The translations under genes were made by a program, and so were the position numbers. Of a stretch of 64,000 bases of DNA, positions 59,100 to 64,000 are shown one piece after another (the first letter of the stretch is position 1; every line of letters starts with the position of its first letter). Source of the DNA: Moniliella sp. 'wahieum' (lineage: Eukaryota); assembly GCA_003971905.1 (NCBI GenBank), contig RSEE01000070.1, forward strand, positions 186,001 to 250,000, in the 5' to 3' direction. The notes under the pieces are model-generated. The model made no database searches. It was not told where the DNA came from and worked only from the letters and a program-made list of their open reading frames with translations.

Positions 59100-59635
59100 G
59101 GGGGGCAAGCGAGGATGGTGGTGAGAAGGCCTGCGATCGTCCTATCAGCCAGACTCTTCTGCCTGCTGCCAGGCACACAGGGGTGCACAGGCCATCATGC
59201 ATCACATGGCACATGGCACACATCACGCGTCACGTGCCCCTGCATCAGTCCATCAGTGCGCTGATCGATGATCGTGATCGATGATCCCAGGCAGCAGACT
59301 CAACACACGGGGTGCAACCCTAGCACATGCACACTGCCCATCTGCCTGCCCCCGCTCAGGAGCCCGAGGCAGGGGCAGCAGCAGGGCAGTGTGGCTGCGC
59401 CGGCTGCTGCTCCACGTCTGCGGTGCTTGCTGGTTGCTGGGCCTGGTTGGGAGCCTCAGCCGTCGATCATCGATCGATCATGGCCACAGCAGCTGTGAAA
59501 GCGCATGCGCTGTTGGCTCCCTTCTAACCACCCCTGCTCCCCCCCACCACCCCACCCTCGTCCTCTTCTTCTTCTCTTCTCCTCCTCCTCCTCCGTCTCC
59601 CCCACCACCCCTCCGCCTCCTCCCCAGCCCCCGTC

Positions 59636-62389
59636 ATGGCTGAGCCCAGCGCCTCCCCCGCCGCTCCCCTCGTGGCCGCGGGCTCGGCTTCCGCTGCCTC
59701 AAGCAAGCCGCCGCCTCCCTCGCCCACCCCACCGCGCCTGGCTCCGAGACTGCCTCCGCCTTGGCCCCTGCTTCTGCCCCACCCCCAGAGCGCATGCAGA
59801 TCGTCAACGAAGAGCAGGTCTTTGCCCCCGACCTGGGCTCCCACCTGGACCACTGGGGCCTACTCCACGCCGGCTTTGGCTACAACCTCATGGCCGTCAT
59901 TGGCTCCCAGTCCACCGGCAAGAGCACCCTACTCAACCGCCTCTTTGGCACCAACTTTGACACCATGAACCAGGCTGTGCGGAGTCAGACCACCAAGGGC
60001 ATCTGGCTCTCTCGTGCCGCCACCTCCCCCGTGCTTGTGATGGACGTCGAGGGCACCGATGGCCGGGAACGCGGCGAGGACCAAGACTTTGAGCGCAAGT
60101 CCGCCCTCTTCTCCATGGCCTCGGTCGAGGTGCTGCTGATGAATATGTGGGAGCACCAGTGGGGTTGTATAATGGGGCAAACATGGGTCTACTCAAGACG
60201 GTGTTTGAGGTGAATCTGGGCTTGTTCCAAGCCGCCAAGGCCTCCCATTCGTCGGCGGGTCAACCCAAGGATCGCACCATGATCCTGTTTGTCATTCGAG
60301 ACCACATTGGCGCTACCCCGCTCGACAATTTGCAGCGGACGATCCAGGCGGATCTGGACCGCATCTGGGAGGGCCTGTCCAAGCCCGAGGGGCTGGAGAA
60401 TAGCAAAATCTCTGACTTTTTCGACTTTAGCTTCACCACATTGCCCCACAAGTTGCTGCAGCCTGCCGAGTTTGACAACCAGGTAGTCGCTCTGAGGGAG
60501 TGGTTTGTCAACCCCTCCAATCCCCACTTTGTATTCAAACCCGAGTATCACAAGCGCATTCCCGCCGACGGCCTTCCCCACTACCTTGCTTCCATCTGGG
60601 AACAAGTACAGACCAACAAGGACCTCGATCTTCCTACCCAGCAAGAACTGTTGGCCCAGTTCCGTTGCGATGAAATTGCTACCGTGGTTCTAGCTACCTT
60701 TACCGCCTCTGTCAAGCCCCTGCGCCGGCCCATCGAGACTGGCGAGGTGGTGCCCGAGCTGGGCAAGCACGTGTTGGAGTTTGTTCAACTTGGCCTGGGT
60801 TCGTTTGACCGCGAAGCCGGGCGCTACCATGCCGACGTGTACCGGCGCAAACGGGCAGAGCTCTTGGCCCAGATGGACGCTGCGCTGGAACCTTTGCTGC
60901 TGGGTCAGCTTAAGAATGCACACAAGCGTACGCTGCTCGTGTTTAAGAAACGTCTGATTACGGCGCTCCGCTCTGCTTCAGACAAGGAACGCGGGTACGA
61001 CTTTGCTACCCTCGTTCCAACCAGATCCAAGCATCGCTGCAAGACTTCCGTGGGGTTTCCACGGCCTTGCGCCCGGCCACATTGGATAAATCGCTGGTCT
61101 CGGCTCCGGATACCGAAGGTGCCGAAGCGGAGCCTTGGACGTTGGCCGTGGAAGAGGAGAGCCAACTCCTAACGGAGATGAATGCTGTGGCGGACCAGGC
61201 AAGGAAAACAGACGACCAAGATGGTAGCTACCATTCAGAAGAATCTTGTTGCTGATCTTGCTGAGCCGACGGTGATTGCGCTGGACCGGCCCGGCCCGGA
61301 TATGTGGGACCGCATCCTTACTGCGTTCAAGACGGCGTTGGAAGATGCCGAGTCAACGTACCATCGCAAAGCAGCCAGTGAGTACCCCTGATGCCCTTCT
61401 GTTGATTGATCTTGTCCAAACTAACCATTGTTGGAAGACTTTGGCTGTACCCCCGTGGAGACGAGCTTGGCGCTGCACACCTCCGGATCAAGTCGTGGCA
61501 AGCGCTGCGTACCAAAATTGATGAGCAGACCACCGATGCGGCCTTGACCAGCCGGCTGCGGGACTTGTTCGAGGAGCAGTTCCGGTACGATGAGACTGGC
61601 ACCCCACGGGTATGGAAACCGGACGATGACATTGATCTCCTGTTCCGCAAAGCGTGACCATGTGTTGGACTTGATCCCGATCTATTCCAAGGTGCAACCT
61701 GAGAACGAAGGGCTGATTCCCCAGTTCCCCTCGCTCGATGAGGATGTGGCGATGGAAGTCAATGGAGGACCCATTGGGTGCAGCTGCGTCACCCGATGCG
61801 GTAGCCTCGCACCAAGATGCGTTGGCCGAGCTCGACGAGTTCGACTTGCCTTCGACCTTGGTCATCTTTACCGAGGCGCGCACCATCTCCATCTCGCAAC
61901 GTTTCCGCAAAGAGGCCGATGCGTACTACGTCGAGGCCAAGCGGTCCATGGTCTCGTCCATCTCGCAAATTCCCTACTGGGTCTACGGCGTGATCGCCGT
62001 TTTGGGGTGGAACGAGTTCATTGCGGTCTTGCGCAACCCCATTTACACCCTCTTCCTCATCGTGGCCGCCCTTGGCGCGTTTGTTGTGCATCGTTTGGGG
62101 CTTGAGGGCCCGCTGATGCAGGTCATCACCACTGTGGTCAAAGAGGTGCACACCTAGCTGACTCGAGCCTTCGCGCTCACTTCAGCCAACCGTGCCGGAA
62201 GCCCCGCACTTGGCCAAAGCAGCCTCCTTGCCCAACTCCGGAAACGTGACTTCGCGTAGCACAGGCACATCAACGAGCCTCAATGGCACGGCGGTGATTG
62301 AGCCACAGGCGCACCGGCGCTCCGCAGCAGCGCCTGCCTCGACGGAAGAGCTCGAGTTGGACACGCTGGCACGACCATCCCAGTTCTGA
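59636..62389 (+). CDS. SEY1: Sey1/RHD3 dynamin-like ER-fusion GTPase
   Basis: [112 protein letters not shown]. Intron ~61377-61437. Confidence 0.97.
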
Positions 62390-63124
62390 TCTTCTCCTCA
62401 GCCGTCCGTCTGGCTCACGGTACCCAAGGCGTGGGGCAGAGAGGTGCACGATATGTTTTTTGTCTTTCGGTCTGTGGTGCTGCAGGCTGTGACCTGCCCT
62501 ACTCTCCTCTCCTCTCCCGCCCGTGCTTCGCCCCCCTCTCTGTGCTGAACCAATGTTGATGTCATACCATTCTCCATATGCCCTTTCGTGTGTTGCTCTA
62601 GCATTGTTTTTCGTCCTATGCTTGACCAACCCACCCCTACCTCTTTCCCAGTTGCTCCTGTTCTTTCTTGCCCTGCATCATCGGGACTGTACCTTCCTGA
62701 CTCAGACCACGTACGATGAGGATGGATCGTCTTAACGCATGTGAAGTTTACTACGACTGCATTGATTTTCTTGTCCAATGCCCATGTTCTCTCACAGGGG
62801 TGACGTCGAGCATGGAAAGCGGCCCACGTAAGGCGCGTTTACACTCGGGATGGCTATGCAGTTGGGCTACCTCGGACAGAATAAGCTGGGGGTGCGTTGA
62901 TGCATATGGGGTTTTTTCGTACCTCGCCGTCCATTGCTTGTAGACGGGTAAGGCACTGGGGTGCATCCCACGCTGAACACCTACCATCAGGTGGGACGTC
63001 GCATAGCCCCTTGCCTCAGACAAGAGGCAAAGGAGGAGTAGACGCTCGGGAGGGAAGGGTTGAAGAACAGTAGTACAGCCTTCTCTCCAAGCTGAACAAG
63101 TGAACCAGGCGAAGGACGAAGGAT

Positions 63125-63516
63125 TTAGTTCTCCTCCGAACGCACCCGCGCATTGGCGTTGGTCACCTTGACGCCGAGCGCCTTGGCCTGCTCAAGGATC
63201 AGCACACGCTTCTTGGACGAAACGTTGTGCGCAATCTCCGCGGCGTAGGTGGTGTGTGCATCAACAGCAGACTGACGTCTTGCGGGTTGGAAACAACAAA
63301 GCGACGGAACCCGTTGGGCATCAGGTAGCGCGTCTTCTTGTTGGACCCGTACCCAATCTTGGGCATCTTGGTCACGTCGCGGAACCGGCGACGGACCACC
63401 GAGTCAATACCCTTTGGCTTGCGCCACGACGTGGCCAGACGCTTGTACCGGTCCGCATGGTGGCGCGTGAACTTCTTAGTCCGCTTCTTGACGATCGGGA
63501 TGGTGGTGGCCGCCAT
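63125..63516 (-). CDS. RPL32: 60S ribosomal protein L32 (eL32)
   Basis: [20 protein letters not shown]...[15 protein letters not shown]...[19 protein letters not shown]; after one indel, [14 protein letters not shown]...[21 protein letters not shown]. Confidence 0.97.
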
Positions 63517-63521
63517 GGTGA

Positions 63522-63691
63522 CTGCGACAAGCGAGCATGCAACCCAGGTTAGTCACGGCAGGAGCGAGTGAGGAGGTGGCCGCCAAGGCACAGCGCAGCG
63601 AGGGAACGCAGAGCCGGCCGAAAGGCGGGTCTGTCATGTCCAGTCCCGCCCAACCGGCCGTAGAGGAAGAATGTGGACCAGCGGAGCTTAC
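63522..63691 (-). other. 5'-UTR intron of RPL32
   Basis: Minus strand CAG|GTAAGC...GACTAAC...TCGCAG|TCACCATG. Confidence 0.75.
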
Positions 63692-64000
63692 CTGCTGTTC
63701 GCGTCTGTCGGTGGTGGGGACGACCTTCACAGCCCCCCCAGGTCAGCCCGAAGCGGAGCGGCAGCCTGGGCTGGGCTTCGGCGTGCCGCAGCACCCGCAC
63801 GAGGGCAGTTCCAAAATTCAGGCTCGGATCCGGATACACTGGCGGGTGCGGAATCAAAATTAGGGTTGTGCTCGCGCCCGCCGTGTGCAACCCTACTGCC
63901 GCCCCGCCCCCTTCCATTGGTTGCTGCTCGTCGAGCGCACCGCGAAGGGCGTCTCGACCAAAACCGGTAGTCCCTCTCAAGGTGGGTGCAGCCTCTCGGG

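Noticed and set aside
62700..63060. Possible snoRNA between SEY1 and RPL32
   Set aside because: No convincing C/D or H/ACA box arrangement by eye; an Infernal search would be needed.
6779..63516. Pervasive frameshifts suggesting mass pseudogenisation or programmed frameshifting
   Set aside because: They affect core genes (RPL32, SEC24, PIM1, SEY1) alike, often fall in homopolymers, and the protein motifs are otherwise intact. Long-read indel error explains this best.

Overview
GC-rich, intron-poor eukaryotic DNA from a basidiomycete fungus, probably Ustilaginomycotina (inferred from gene content and intron style). Almost every conserved gene is broken by single-base indels, often in homopolymers, which points to an unpolished long-read assembly. 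Gene models were stitched across frames by eye and their ends are approximate. Recognisable genes, in order: AT-hook orphan, RVxF-repeat orphan, OXR1, PTM1, a SHLD2-like OB-fold protein, MDV1/CAF4, an eIF4E-family protein, PIM1 (Lon), a PDR16-type Sec14 protein, a YANK/STK32 kinase, a WRAP53/TCAB1-like WD40 protein, PUS7, SIZ/PIAS, an NCS1 permease, SEC24C/SFB3, an orphan, an NRAMP/SMF transporter, a lactonase beta-propeller, SEY1 and RPL32. The strongest candidate for an undescribed system is a MoaD/ThiS-type ubiquitin-like sulfur-carrier domain ending in PPVSGG. It has no ATG of its own and appears fused, via a long disordered linker, to the C-terminus of the Sec14/PDR16 lipid-transfer protein. 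Other leads: a fungal shieldin-2-like gene; a spliced 51-aa zinc-ribbon microprotein alone in a 5-kb gene desert; a ~280-bp element shared downstream of two unrelated orphan genes; and intergenic 7-bp-period repeats built from 6-bp palindromes.
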